NCBI GenBank assembly: GCA_963666365.2
Contig: CAXXNF010000002.1
Span: forward strand, 128,001 to 192,000
Length of the DNA stretch: 64,000 nt
Direction: 5' to 3'
DNA from: Syntrophales bacterium
GTDB taxonomy: Bacteria; Desulfobacterota; Syntrophia; Syntrophales; UBA2210
This document shows, piece after piece, positions 48,028 through 57,434 of this stretch; the first letter of the stretch is position 1, and the number at the start of each line of letters is the position of its first letter. The notes under the pieces are model-generated. The model saw nothing but the letters and a program-made list of their open reading frames with translations, did no database searches and was not told the DNA's origin. Made by a program: the position numbers and the translations under genes.

Positions 48028-49242
48028 ATGTCGATGCGGGTTACTGAAATGATGAAATTCAACACGATGACCGCCAGTTTATCGAATCTTCAGAATGAAT
48101 ATACGTCACTTATGGAAAAGATGGCCACACAAAAAGCCATCAATAAACCTTCCGACGATCCTCTGGGCATGAGCCTGATCATGAATTACCGCAGCAGTCA
48201 GGCAGCAGTGGAAAGCTATCAGAGTAACATCGAAAACGCGAATGCCTGGATTACGGTGACTGAATCGACGCTGAATTCCGTGCATGATCTTATCGTACAT
48301 GCACGGGAAATTGCGCTCTCTCAAGCTACCGGGACGGCGACGGCGGAAACGAGAAGTTACAATGCAGAGACGGTTACGCAGCTCATCGAAGAATTGCAGT
48401 CTCTGGCCAACACACAATACGGCGGTTCATATATTTTTTCAGGTACGAAGACAGACAGGCCGCCCTTTATTGCCGAAGGTTCATCGGTGAGCCGCCTTAG
48501 CGAGCCCTATCAGGCGGAAGGGAATAGTTACAACGGCACCCTGGAGGTGTCGGGCAGTTACATAGGCGACGCCAATAAAACCTATGTGGTGAAGGTGGTG
48601 GGAGAGGCATCAACTCCGGGCTATTATGAGTATGAGGTATCGGAGGACGGGGGTAACACATGGCTTTCAGGCGCCTTTGACGATCTGACCGTGGGAACGG
48701 CCGTCAACATAGGGAATGAAGGAGTGCAACTGACCATGACCGGAATCACCGACCCTCCTGAAGCCGACGACATTATCTATGTCGACGCCTTTGCCCCCGG
48801 CTGCTATGAAGGGAATGGCGAGAAACTGACCCTTGCGATAGGAAAGGGTGTTTCTTTTGAATATTCAACGTCCGGGGAAGAGGTGTTTACCGCAGCGGGG
48901 AGGGGGGAGGTTGATCTCTTTGAGACATTGTCGAGTCTGAAAGAAGCGCTGCAAAATAACGAACCTGCTGCAATCGGCGCCGAGTTGGATCGGCTTGAGG
49001 CAGCAACCATTCAGGTTAACAAAAATATTGCCAGATGTGGAACGCAGATGAACAGGCTGGAGATTGCCACTGAAAACCTTTCAAGTCTGGATCTTAAAAT
49101 TACGGAGCTACTCTCCGGTAAAGAGGACGTGGATATTACTGAACTGGTGACCGAGCTTTCCATGAAGGAACTCACGCTTCAGGCGTCCTATCAGATGGCG
49201 GCAAAGATAGGAAGCATCTCGCTGCTCAATTTTCTGAAGTGA
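48028..49242 (+). CDS. flgL: Hook-associated protein FlgL
   Basis: MRVT, KPSDDP, YIFSG, LQASY..SLLNFL. Confidence 0.94.
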   Translation: MSMRVTEMMKFNTMTASLSNLQNEYTSLMEKMATQKAINKPSDDPLGMSLIMNYRSSQAAVESYQSNIENANAWITVTESTLNSVHDLIVHAREIALSQATGTATAETRSYNAETVTQLIEELQSLANTQYGGSYIFSGTKTDRPPFIAEGSSVSRLSEPYQAEGNSYNGTLEVSGSYIGDANKTYVVKVVGEASTPGYYEYEVSEDGGNTWLSGAFDDLTVGTAVNIGNEGVQLTMTGITDPPEADDIIYVDAFAPGCYEGNGEKLTLAIGKGVSFEYSTSGEEVFTAAGRGEVDLFETLSSLKEALQNNEPAAIGAELDRLEAATIQVNKNIARCGTQMNRLEIATENLSSLDLKITELLSGKEDVDITELVTELSMKELTLQASYQMAAKIGSISLLNFLK

Positions 49243-49249
49243 GCATGCC

Positions 49250-49498
49250 ATGCTGGTACTGACGCGCAAAGGCGGCGAATCGATCAGGATTGGGACTTCC
49301 ATTAAGATATCGGTGCTTGATGTAAAGGGAAGCCAAGTGAAGATCGGAATAGAAGCACCGGAAGATGTGGCTGTCTATAGAGAGGAACTGTTTTCTGTTG
49401 TGGAGGCGGAAAATACCTCAGCCGCATCCTCGGGGATTGCGTCTGAGACAAACCTTAACGCCCTTTGGGATGTCTTGCACAAAGAGGAGGAAATGTAA
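49250..49498 (+). CDS. csrA: Carbon storage regulator CsrA (FliW-type with C-terminal extension)
   Basis: [29 protein letters not shown] tail. Confidence 0.96.
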   Translation: MLVLTRKGGESIRIGTSIKISVLDVKGSQVKIGIEAPEDVAVYREELFSVVEAENTSAASSGIASETNLNALWDVLHKEEEM

Positions 49499-49501
49499 TC
49501 C

Positions 49502-49948
49502 GTGATGGATTCTATGGCACGATATATAGATGGAAAGGAGGGGTCTGAGCCTCGGATAATCCGGATGAGAAGGGGAATTCTCGGGTTTGAAAGACTTGTG
49601 CAGTTCGTCTTTCTCCCGCAGGAAGAAACGGCCCCTTTCCGGCAAATTCGCGCCCCTGAGGATGGAACGACATTCGTGGTAATCGATCCTTTTATAGTCA
49701 AGCCGGACTATCAGCCATTTATTCCGGACAGGGATGTGCGCTTATTGGAAATTGACGATGCAGACGATGTCATCGTGTTGAACATTGTCACCATTCACCG
49801 GACCCCTCTCAACGCCACGATCAACCTCAGAGCGCCACTGGTCGTGAATGCAAAGCGGGGATTGGCCGCACAAGTTGTCCTTGAGGACGATGCATATCCC
49901 CTTCGTTTCCCGCTGGGGGGAAACACTCAAACTACAGTGAAGGCATGA
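49502..49948 (+). CDS. fliW: Flagellar assembly factor FliW
   Basis: GILGFE, FVVIDPF..PDY, TINLRAPLVVN, QVVL; follows csrA. Confidence 0.9.
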   Translation: MMDSMARYIDGKEGSEPRIIRMRRGILGFERLVQFVFLPQEETAPFRQIRAPEDGTTFVVIDPFIVKPDYQPFIPDRDVRLLEIDDADDVIVLNIVTIHRTPLNATINLRAPLVVNAKRGLAAQVVLEDDAYPLRFPLGGNTQTTVKA

Positions 49949-49984
49949 ATGCGGCGGGAGATTCTGTGATGCAGAACAGGACGG

Positions 49985-50344
49985 TTAGATCCGATCGTTG
50001 AAGATGAGGCCCATCAGTTCCTCCATTTTGACATGGAGACGCTGGAGTTCCTCCGCAGGCATTTCTCGAATAACCTCTCCCGTTTCTTTGTCCTTGACGA
50101 CAACGGAAATGCGTTCATTATTGGCCCCATAGGTCGAAAAGGATATTTTGATATTCATGCTGTCCAGGTCTTCCTGGATCATTGAGGTTATTTCTTTTAC
50201 GGTCTCACTGGAGGAAACGCCATGCTCTTCTTTTTCCCTGTATTTTTCGACGGGGTGATTCCCCCCGCCTGAAAGGGAAGTTGGCGAGAAGGACTCTGCA
50301 ATCCCCGCTACCTCGAGAACCCTTTTGTCTGTGATGGATTCCAT
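49985..50344 (-). CDS. flaG: FlaG-family protein
   Basis: V.V.DKETGEVIREMP.EE and C-terminal GLIF; start at ATG 50344. Confidence 0.9.
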   Translation of the reverse strand: MESITDKRVLEVAGIAESFSPTSLSGGGNHPVEKYREKEEHGVSSSETVKEITSMIQEDLDSMNIKISFSTYGANNERISVVVKDKETGEVIREMPAEELQRLHVKMEELMGLIFNDRI

Positions 50345-50496
50345 GGCATGAACAGCCTTTCTCTGTGATATAGGTCCACGCTGCACTCTACAGGACCTTG
50401 TTGATGCCTGCCGCCGGTGCGTCGTTATGTCTGAGTGCGGCCGCGTTAATGCGAATAGTCCTCTCAGGAAGAGTACTTTCGCTCTCTACGATACTT

Positions 50497-50523
50497 ATAT
50501 CGGCCGTTATGACAAATACTTTA
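50497..50523 (-). promoter_or_regulatory. Sigma-28 promoter upstream of flaG
   Basis: Minus strand reads TAAA-N15-GCCGATAT. Confidence 0.88.
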
Positions 50524-50647
50524 ATTATTTTGATCGAAGGGGAAACAGTTCAATATGGTTTTTTGGTTCATTCCATGTCATGTATCCCGTGCACAACAAG
50601 CGCACGCTGCCTTTCAGGCTCAAGAGGGATCTCGCGTAAAAACGATT

Positions 50648-51310
50648 CTAACCCTGCGCCTGTACGGGAACAATGACAATGTTGACCCGTCTGTTCAAGG
50701 CAGCGCTGGAAGAGATAGGCATCGTTTCTCCAAAGCCCACGGCTTGAATTCTCGCTTGGTGCACTCCCCTTTGAACAAGTGCGTTTTTTACCGCTTCCGC
50801 CCTTCGCTCTGAAAGTTTCTGATTATACTCCTCGGAACCCGATGCGTCCGTGTGACCTTCGACTCGAATCGCCGTTTCAGGATACCGGTTAAGTACCCGT
50901 GCCACGCCGTCAAGCTGAGAGAGGGCGCCCGCTTTTATGGCCGCGGAATCGAAGTCAAACATTACGTCGCCCTTGAAGGTGGCCGTTAACACATCGCGTG
51001 TGCGCGCTATGGACATGGCATCCGACTGGGCCGCCACAGTCTGAAGTTGACGCTCCTGCTGATCCATGTAATTGCCGATTTGATGACCGGCGATGCCTCC
51101 TACCACTGCGCCGATGGCCGCACCCCAGAGCGTGCCGGCGGTATTGCGTCCGATTGCCTGGCCAAGACCTGCGCCCGCTGCCGCTCCTATGGCAACACCT
51201 CCTGCAGTTCCCTTTTGCGTTCTTGTTTCCATTGCGGTACATGCCGTGAGGCACAGCAGGGCCGTAAGAGAAACAGCAACGATTCCTTTTCGACGAGTCG
51301 TTGAGTTCAT
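50648..51310 (-). CDS. OmpA-family lipoprotein with glycine zipper (YiaD-like)
   Basis: Lipobox LTAC, Gly-zipper, EGHTD, N.KLSERRA, NRRV; GAAGGAG before ATG 51310. Confidence 0.9.
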   Translation of the reverse strand: MNSTTRRKGIVAVSLTALLCLTACTAMETRTQKGTAGGVAIGAAAGAGLGQAIGRNTAGTLWGAAIGAVVGGIAGHQIGNYMDQQERQLQTVAAQSDAMSIARTRDVLTATFKGDVMFDFDSAAIKAGALSQLDGVARVLNRYPETAIRVEGHTDASGSEEYNQKLSERRAEAVKNALVQRGVHQARIQAVGFGETMPISSSAALNRRVNIVIVPVQAQG

Positions 51311-51386
51311 TGTGGTATATTTCTCCTTCGGACGGTTCAATAGAGCATGTAACTCTTTGCAGGACCGTCACTGTGTGTTACTGCCG

Positions 51387-51415
51387 ATTCTAACCATCCA
51401 TGTGACATAAGTCAA
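51387..51415 (-). promoter_or_regulatory. Sigma-70 promoter of the OmpA lipoprotein gene
   Basis: Minus strand reads TTGACT-N17-TAGAAT. Confidence 0.65.
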
Positions 51416-51451
51416 CAGAAGAGGGAGGTATGCGGGGAGTTGCCCTTCCAG

Positions 51452-51469
51452 TTGTGAGCATATTCACAG
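51452..51469. promoter_or_regulatory. Crp-family or Rex-like operator
   Basis: tTGTGA-gcatat-TCACAg. Confidence 0.6.
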
Positions 51470-51689
51470 AAACTGTTACCGTCGGGCATTGCGAATCCAT
51501 GCGGAAAGGGGGGGCGCTTGTTTTTAAAAGGCAATCTGTGCTATTATAACAGGACATTGTAAATAAATCTTACCATATTCATTATTCCTTCCACAGCGAC
51601 TGCCGGACATGCTGTAGAGAGGGTCCATGTAATCTGATAATTTCAAATCCCGGGTTCAGGGGTTTTCATATTTGTGAAGGAGGATATAT

Positions 51690-52445
51690 ATGTGCAACAA
51701 GGTTGTAGCAGGACTGGCGGTATGGGGAATGATAACCGCGCTGTCGCTCACGGCTCAGGCCCAGACAGGCGCGGAAGCGACGGAAGCGCCGCACTGGAAG
51801 GTGCGGGCTGAACTCTCCTATACCAGCAGTTCAGGCAATACCGACAGTGAAACGCTGGCGGGAAAACTGGGAATCAAGAGGGAGGAGACGCGTAATCGCT
51901 ATTACTTTGATGGCTCTGTGTTCAGGACGGAGAACGACAATGATGAAACCGCAAATAAGTGGATGGTGGAAGGCCGTTACGAAAGGATAATTCATGAACG
52001 CCTGTTCGGTTTTGGTGACGCCTATTATATCAAAGATAAATTTTCGGGATATAAATATCGCTATGGTTTCGGCCCCGGCATAGGATACGATTTTGTAAAC
52101 ACAGACAATCAATCCCTCAAGGGTTTGTTTTCTCTTGTCTATTCGCATGACAGCTATTCAACAGGGTCTGAAAAATCGGATAACTATTGTGCAGGGAAGG
52201 TTGGCATCAAGTATGAGTGGCATATAATGAAAAATCTAACCTTTAAAGAAGATGCCTATTATCATGTCTCTTTTGATGACAGTGACGTATACTTTCTTAA
52301 TTCCGAAACTGCGATTGAGGTGAAGATCAGCGATGCGGTTTCTCTGGGTTTGAGTTACATCATTGCCTACCAGAACGCACCTCCGTCACCGGAGATCGAT
52401 GATACCGACAGGATCTTTTTGACGTCCCTTATTATTGATTTCTAA
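51690..52445 (+). CDS. DUF481 (YdiY-like) outer-membrane beta-barrel protein
   Basis: Signal peptide, SGNT motif, G.GIGY, alternating beta strands and a C-terminal Phe. Confidence 0.8.
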   Translation: MCNKVVAGLAVWGMITALSLTAQAQTGAEATEAPHWKVRAELSYTSSSGNTDSETLAGKLGIKREETRNRYYFDGSVFRTENDNDETANKWMVEGRYERIIHERLFGFGDAYYIKDKFSGYKYRYGFGPGIGYDFVNTDNQSLKGLFSLVYSHDSYSTGSEKSDNYCAGKVGIKYEWHIMKNLTFKEDAYYHVSFDDSDVYFLNSETAIEVKISDAVSLGLSYIIAYQNAPPSPEIDDTDRIFLTSLIIDF

Positions 52446-52449
52446 TAAC

Positions 52450-52483
52450 AGACGGGTGATTCGAATCGGCGAATCACCCGTCT
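52450..52483. terminator. Perfect 14-bp inverted repeat between convergent genes
   Basis: AGACGGGTGATTCG-aatcgg-CGAATCACCCGTCT. Confidence 0.65.
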
Positions 52484-52512
52484 AAATTCCTTCAGGTCGC
52501 AAACGGAGGGTC

Positions 52513-54168
52513 TTATCGTTTTGCCGTCTCTTCGTCTCTGAGCGCTCTACGGAGTACCTTTCCTACGGCCGATTGAGGCAGAGAATCCCTGAATTCCACC
52601 GTTTTGGGTACTTTGTAAGGCGCCATTTTTTCCTTGCAAAAAGCAATGATTTCCCTGTCCGTTGCTGTCTGACCTTCCTTCATCACGATAAAGGCCTTCA
52701 CCGTTTCGCCGCGGTAGGGATCGGGGATTCCTACGGTCACGGCAAACTCGACCTTGGGGTGCTGAAAGAGTACTTCGTCGATTTCGCGGGGATAAATGTT
52801 GAAGCCGCCGGCGATGATCATATCTTTTTTGCGGTCTACCAGGAAAATGTAATCGTCTTCGTCCTGGGTCCCGATATCGCCTGTGTAAAGCCAGCCGTTT
52901 TTGAGCTGCTCCGCCGTTTCTTCCGGGTGGTTCCAGTAGTGTTTCATGACATTTGGACCCTTGATAATGACTTCACCCGGCTCGCCTCGGGGAACATCCT
53001 CGGTCCCGTCCTCGAGATCAACCAGCCGCACATCCACTCCGGGGATGGGAATGCCGATTGCCCCGGTTTTGGTCATACCCATCAGTGGATTTGAGATTCC
53101 TACGGAAGTGGTTTCGCTCATGCCCCATCCCTCACTGTAAAAGGTAGCCGTATTTTTGATTTCTCTTATCAGTTCTACTGCGATGGGACCGCCGCCCGAG
53201 TTAATTGTCTTGATCTTTCTGCCGAATATTGCCGGGTCAAAGGATTGATGATTGATAATTGCTGAGATAATCGTCGGCACCGTCGGGAAGTAGCTGATCT
53301 CCTCGGATCTGCCGATAAAATCCATAAGCTCGTCGATCTGGAAGCGGGGCATGTGGATCTGAGTGGCGCACATCATCATGCTCCAGTTAATGATGCAGAT
53401 ATTTCCGTACACATGATAGAAGGGGAGTAGGGCAAGTACGGTACGGCGCTCCGGCGGAATCAGCGAAGTAGTCGACGACCAGAGAGAGCAGAACATGGTT
53501 GCGTAGATGATATTGCCGTGTGTGAGCACGGCGCCTTTGGGAAGTCCCGTGGTGCCGCCGGTAAATTGAATTACCGCCGGGTCGTCGGGATCGATGGTAA
53601 GGCGCGGCAGCTTTGTGCCTGTACAGTTTTCGAGAAGTGTTGAAAAATGGTGCCATGTGCTTTCAAGGTCCAGACCCGCCTTGGTGTTTTTCCCCCGCTC
53701 AGTGCTGAAATCTTCAAGTTTGGTAACAATCACACGGGGAATATCCACTGCCCTGCAAAGGGCACTGACCGTTTCCCTGGCGGTATCGATGGTGATCAAT
53801 GTGGTAAGTCCCGTATCACGTGCCATTGCCGTCAACTCTTCGACCTTGTAAAGAGGGTTCAGATTAACCACAATGGCGCCAAGCGAAAGAACGGCATAAT
53901 AGGCGATTACGTACTGGGGACATGTGGGAAGATGGATGCCCACCCGGTCTCCCTTCTCTATTCCCAACGCGCCCAGGGCGTTGGCCATTCGCAGCACTGA
54001 CTGACGAAGCTGCCAGAAGGTTGTTTCATGCCCGTCAAGGATCATTGCCGCTTTGTCGGGATAGGCATTTGCCGGAATCTGAAGCAGTTCGCTGACGGGC
54101 AGCCGGGGACATCTGAATGATGTGGGAACATTATATGTGTAGTGACGATGCCAGGATTTTTCTTCCAT
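52513..54168 (-). CDS. Long-chain fatty acid--CoA ligase (FadD-like)
   Basis: FTGGTTGLPKG, EGWGMSET, GWLYTGD, DRKKDMI, GKVLRR. Confidence 0.92.
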   Translation of the reverse strand: MEEKSWHRHYTYNVPTSFRCPRLPVSELLQIPANAYPDKAAMILDGHETTFWQLRQSVLRMANALGALGIEKGDRVGIHLPTCPQYVIAYYAVLSLGAIVVNLNPLYKVEELTAMARDTGLTTLITIDTARETVSALCRAVDIPRVIVTKLEDFSTERGKNTKAGLDLESTWHHFSTLLENCTGTKLPRLTIDPDDPAVIQFTGGTTGLPKGAVLTHGNIIYATMFCSLWSSTTSLIPPERRTVLALLPFYHVYGNICIINWSMMMCATQIHMPRFQIDELMDFIGRSEEISYFPTVPTIISAIINHQSFDPAIFGRKIKTINSGGGPIAVELIREIKNTATFYSEGWGMSETTSVGISNPLMGMTKTGAIGIPIPGVDVRLVDLEDGTEDVPRGEPGEVIIKGPNVMKHYWNHPEETAEQLKNGWLYTGDIGTQDEDDYIFLVDRKKDMIIAGGFNIYPREIDEVLFQHPKVEFAVTVGIPDPYRGETVKAFIVMKEGQTATDREIIAFCKEKMAPYKVPKTVEFRDSLPQSAVGKVLRRALRDEETAKR

Positions 54169-54185
54169 GTGGGACTCCTTTTTTC

Positions 54186-54965
54186 CTATTCTTCTACGGG
54201 GGGACGGCCGATGTCATAGACATACATGCGATTCCAGGTCGGACTTATCAAAATTTCGTTGATGCAGACATGCTTGGGTAACCGGGCCACGAAAAGAATG
54301 GTTTCTCCCAGGTCCTCCGATTTGAGCATCTTGGCCTTGATCTCGGCGCTGAGGGCGTCGGGTCTGCGGTCGATTATCGGTGTCCAGACTTCGCCGGGAC
54401 ATATTGCACAGGCCCTGATTCCGTGAATGCACTCTTCAATGTTGATGCTGGCATTCATTGCCACAACGCCGTGCTTTGCCGCACTGTATGCAGGACCTGT
54501 GACATAGGTGTCGAATCGGCCCGCCCAGGAGGCGACGTTGATGATCAATCCGTCCTGCTGTTTTCTCATGAGAGGAATCACCGCCGACGCACAGTAAAAA
54601 GCGCCGTTCAGATCAATATTGATGACTTCTTCCCACTTACCCGGCGTTACCACGCCCCAGTGTCGTTCCGTCACGTTTGTTCCTGCATTATTGACGAGAA
54701 TGTCAAGCCTGTCGTATCGTTCGTGAATGCGATCGACTGCCGCCTGCACGGCTACGGCGTCGGAAACATCCAAGAGTTCGATAATGGACTCGCCCCCCGA
54801 TTTTTTTATCAGTTCCTCTGTTTCCATGAGAGGTTCCTTGCGACGGCCCGACAGGACAACCCTGGCGCCTTCCTTTGCAAGCGCAACAGCGCCGGCCTGT
54901 CCAATACCGGTGCCCGCTCCGGTTACCCACGCGACTTTATTTTTCAATAATTCCAGCATATACAT
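54186..54965 (-). CDS. SDR-family oxidoreductase
   Basis: TGAGTGIG, NNAG, YSAAK. Confidence 0.93.
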   Translation of the reverse strand: MYMLELLKNKVAWVTGAGTGIGQAGAVALAKEGARVVLSGRRKEPLMETEELIKKSGGESIIELLDVSDAVAVQAAVDRIHERYDRLDILVNNAGTNVTERHWGVVTPGKWEEVINIDLNGAFYCASAVIPLMRKQQDGLIINVASWAGRFDTYVTGPAYSAAKHGVVAMNASINIEECIHGIRACAICPGEVWTPIIDRRPDALSAEIKAKMLKSEDLGETILFVARLPKHVCINEILISPTWNRMYVYDIGRPPVEE

Positions 54966-55099
54966 CCTCCTTTACGTCAATTTAAACAACACTTCTACGT
55001 AGGCGAAAAGATAATGCGTTGTCAAGAAAACAAAGGGACCTGTTCTATAGATTTTGCATCGTCTCTTCCCGCTTTCTGCTGATATCCTTCTTTGTAGTT

Positions 55100-55876
55100 T
55101 TAACGCACCGTGAGGCGCGTGACCTCCTGCAGTACCCGCAATGATTTCGGCTCGTTGCCGAGAATGTGCCGGATCCAGGGGACAAGAAGCATTCGGCTTT
55201 CCCGGAGAGATTGTTCGCTAAACACGAGCCTTCTGATCTTTTCGAGCGCCATTGTCTTTCCCGCAATCAGCGTCATTGCAGTTCCCGGTGAAAGAGTGAC
55301 ACCCTGTGGGGCGCCCGGCCTGCATTCCCTGCATCGAATGCCCCCGTCTTCAAAGATGAAGGAGAGCTCCTTGAGGCGATCGAGCGGTGTTTTGCAGGCA
55401 ATGCACAGTTCCAACGCCGGTTCATAGCCTGAAATACACAGCAGGCGAAGTTCGAAAAGTCTCAGAATCGATTCCGACAGGGGCCCCGATTCCAAAAGGT
55501 CGAGGAAGTTCCGTAAATGAAAAAAAAGTAATCGGTTCTCTGCGCCTTCTACGGAAAAGAGATCGACGAGATCAATAAAATAGGAGGCGTAGAGGGTCTT
55601 TCCCAGGTCTTCTCTTATTTTTGGATAGTGGTTGGTAACGTGGCAGTCCTCGATGAGGCAAAGCCCTTCCGGTTTCCGTCTTGAAAAGAGGATGGACGAG
55701 ACAGAGAAGGGTTCAATAGCGTTTGCAAAGCGTTTTTGGCTTCTCCGGGCGCCTTTGGCGATTCCCTTGAGTTTACCCGCTTCATCGGTCAGAATTGTGA
55801 CGATCCTGTCGGATTCTCCATAATCTCTGAAGTTCAGAATACACCCGGTTGCCTTCTGTGTGCGTTTCGCAATCAT
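55100..55876 (-). CDS. recO: DNA repair protein RecO
   Basis: GESDRIV..LT..GK..IAKGAR, GYEP and a CxxC...CxxC zinc finger. Confidence 0.93.
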   Translation of the reverse strand: MIAKRTQKATGCILNFRDYGESDRIVTILTDEAGKLKGIAKGARRSQKRFANAIEPFSVSSILFSRRKPEGLCLIEDCHVTNHYPKIREDLGKTLYASYFIDLVDLFSVEGAENRLLFFHLRNFLDLLESGPLSESILRLFELRLLCISGYEPALELCIACKTPLDRLKELSFIFEDGGIRCRECRPGAPQGVTLSPGTAMTLIAGKTMALEKIRRLVFSEQSLRESRMLLVPWIRHILGNEPKSLRVLQEVTRLTVR

Positions 55877-57231
55877 ATGATAAGTTTGATAAATAGGGTG
55901 GCAAGACCGAGAAAGGAAAGAAATCCAAAGGCATCAGTAAATGCCGTGATGAAAATATGCGATCCCAACGCAGGATCGAGCCGGAACCATTTGAGCGCCA
56001 GGGGGACCAGGACGCCGATCAGTGTGCCGGCAAATACATTGATGATCATCGCCAGACCCAGCACAATGCCCAATATGGGGATGCCTTTCCAAAAGTAAGC
56101 GATGACGCCGATTACAAGGCCGACGGCGATGCCGTTGGTGATTCCAACCATGATCTGTCGGTAGAGTGCTCTCTTGGCGTTGTCGAACGTGATTTCACCG
56201 AGTGCCATTCCACGTACAATCAGCGTAAGGGTTTGACTTCCCGCATTGCCCCCCAGACCGGCGACAACCGGCATGAATACTGCCAGGGCGACCATTGTGG
56301 TGATGGTATCTTCAAAAAAACCGATAACCAGCACTGACACGAGGGCCGTCAAAAGATTCAGGTAGAGCCAGGGGAGGCGCTTTCTCACCGATTCCAGAGG
56401 GTTGTTGAACACCGTATCATCTTCGTCGAGACCGGCGATTCGGTAGAGGTCTTCCGAGGTTTCTTCTTCCATGACGTCGATGATGTCATCGATGGTAATT
56501 CTTCCTAATAGATGCTCCTCGCGATCGACGACGGGCAGTGAGACGAGATCGTATTTTTCAAACATACGGGCAACCTGTTCCTGATCCAGATCAGGTTCCA
56601 CGCTGGGAATCGATGTATCGATCGCACCGATAATGGGACTGAACCGCTTGGCCGTGATAAGCCGTTGCAACGGAACCACACCAATAAGTTTGTTTTCCTT
56701 GTCGACGATAAAAATATTGTAAATGTTTTCAATTTCGTCTTTTGCATCGACCACCGCCTGAAAGGCATCATTGATCATTGCTTCGGCCTTTACGGAAACC
56801 AGCTCCGATTGCATGATGCCGCCGGCCGTATCATCCTCGTATTTGAGCAGTTCTTTAACCTCGTCCGACTCTTCCGGCTCGATACCTTCAAGGACTGTCT
56901 TTGCCTGATCTTCCGTGAGCTCGGCAATAAAGTCGGCGGCATCGTCAGAATCCATTTCGTCAATGATTTCGGTTAATTGCTTGTCTGAGAGATCTTCAAT
57001 GATCTGTTCGCGGGACAGGTCGCTCAGCTCGAGAATCACGTCGGAGGCCTTGTCCACATCCAGGAGGGAAAAAAGATGTAGTTTTTCCTGATCGTCCAGA
57101 TTATCAATCAGATCGGCGATATCCGCCGGATGCAGCCTGGAGAAAAGATCGATGATGTCAAACTCACGATTGAGGCTGATCAGCTCTTTCAGGTGATTGA
57201 GGTGTTTTATTTCTTCTTCTCGCAGTCTCAT
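55873..57231 (-). CDS. mgtE: Magnesium transporter MgtE
   Basis: HPADIAD, TAGGIM, CBS pair, RLPWL, GGNAGSQ, DPA; start at ATG 57231. Confidence 0.95.
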   Translation of the reverse strand: MRLREEEIKHLNHLKELISLNREFDIIDLFSRLHPADIADLIDNLDDQEKLHLFSLLDVDKASDVILELSDLSREQIIEDLSDKQLTEIIDEMDSDDAADFIAELTEDQAKTVLEGIEPEESDEVKELLKYEDDTAGGIMQSELVSVKAEAMINDAFQAVVDAKDEIENIYNIFIVDKENKLIGVVPLQRLITAKRFSPIIGAIDTSIPSVEPDLDQEQVARMFEKYDLVSLPVVDREEHLLGRITIDDIIDVMEEETSEDLYRIAGLDEDDTVFNNPLESVRKRLPWLYLNLLTALVSVLVIGFFEDTITTMVALAVFMPVVAGLGGNAGSQTLTLIVRGMALGEITFDNAKRALYRQIMVGITNGIAVGLVIGVIAYFWKGIPILGIVLGLAMIINVFAGTLIGVLVPLALKWFRLDPALGSHIFITAFTDAFGFLSFLGLATLFIKLII

Positions 57232-57434
57232 TATGAACACCCCTTGGTCAAGATTAATACATAGAATCACTCTCCGCGCTGATCACGGTGGGAGACACAC
57301 ATAGGCATGTGTAAGTACCACGCTCGATTAAAATTCTCAAGGAGAAGATTCGCCCAGGGTGCGCGACAAAGGGTCACTATCCCCAGATGTGTGCGGTGTG
57401 GCAGTCGCAATATGCGACGAGGTTTTTTAAGGCA

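Noticed and set aside
50390..50490. Flagellin remnant: a minus-strand frame reads IRINAAALRHNDAPAAGI, reminiscent of the flagellin RINSAADDAAG motif
   Set aside because: The similarity is very short and gapped and there is no start codon after the promoter, so chance is the likely explanation.
57232..57434. M-box (Mg2+) riboswitch upstream of mgtE
   Set aside because: Only small hairpins are visible, with no recognisable M-box core or terminator.
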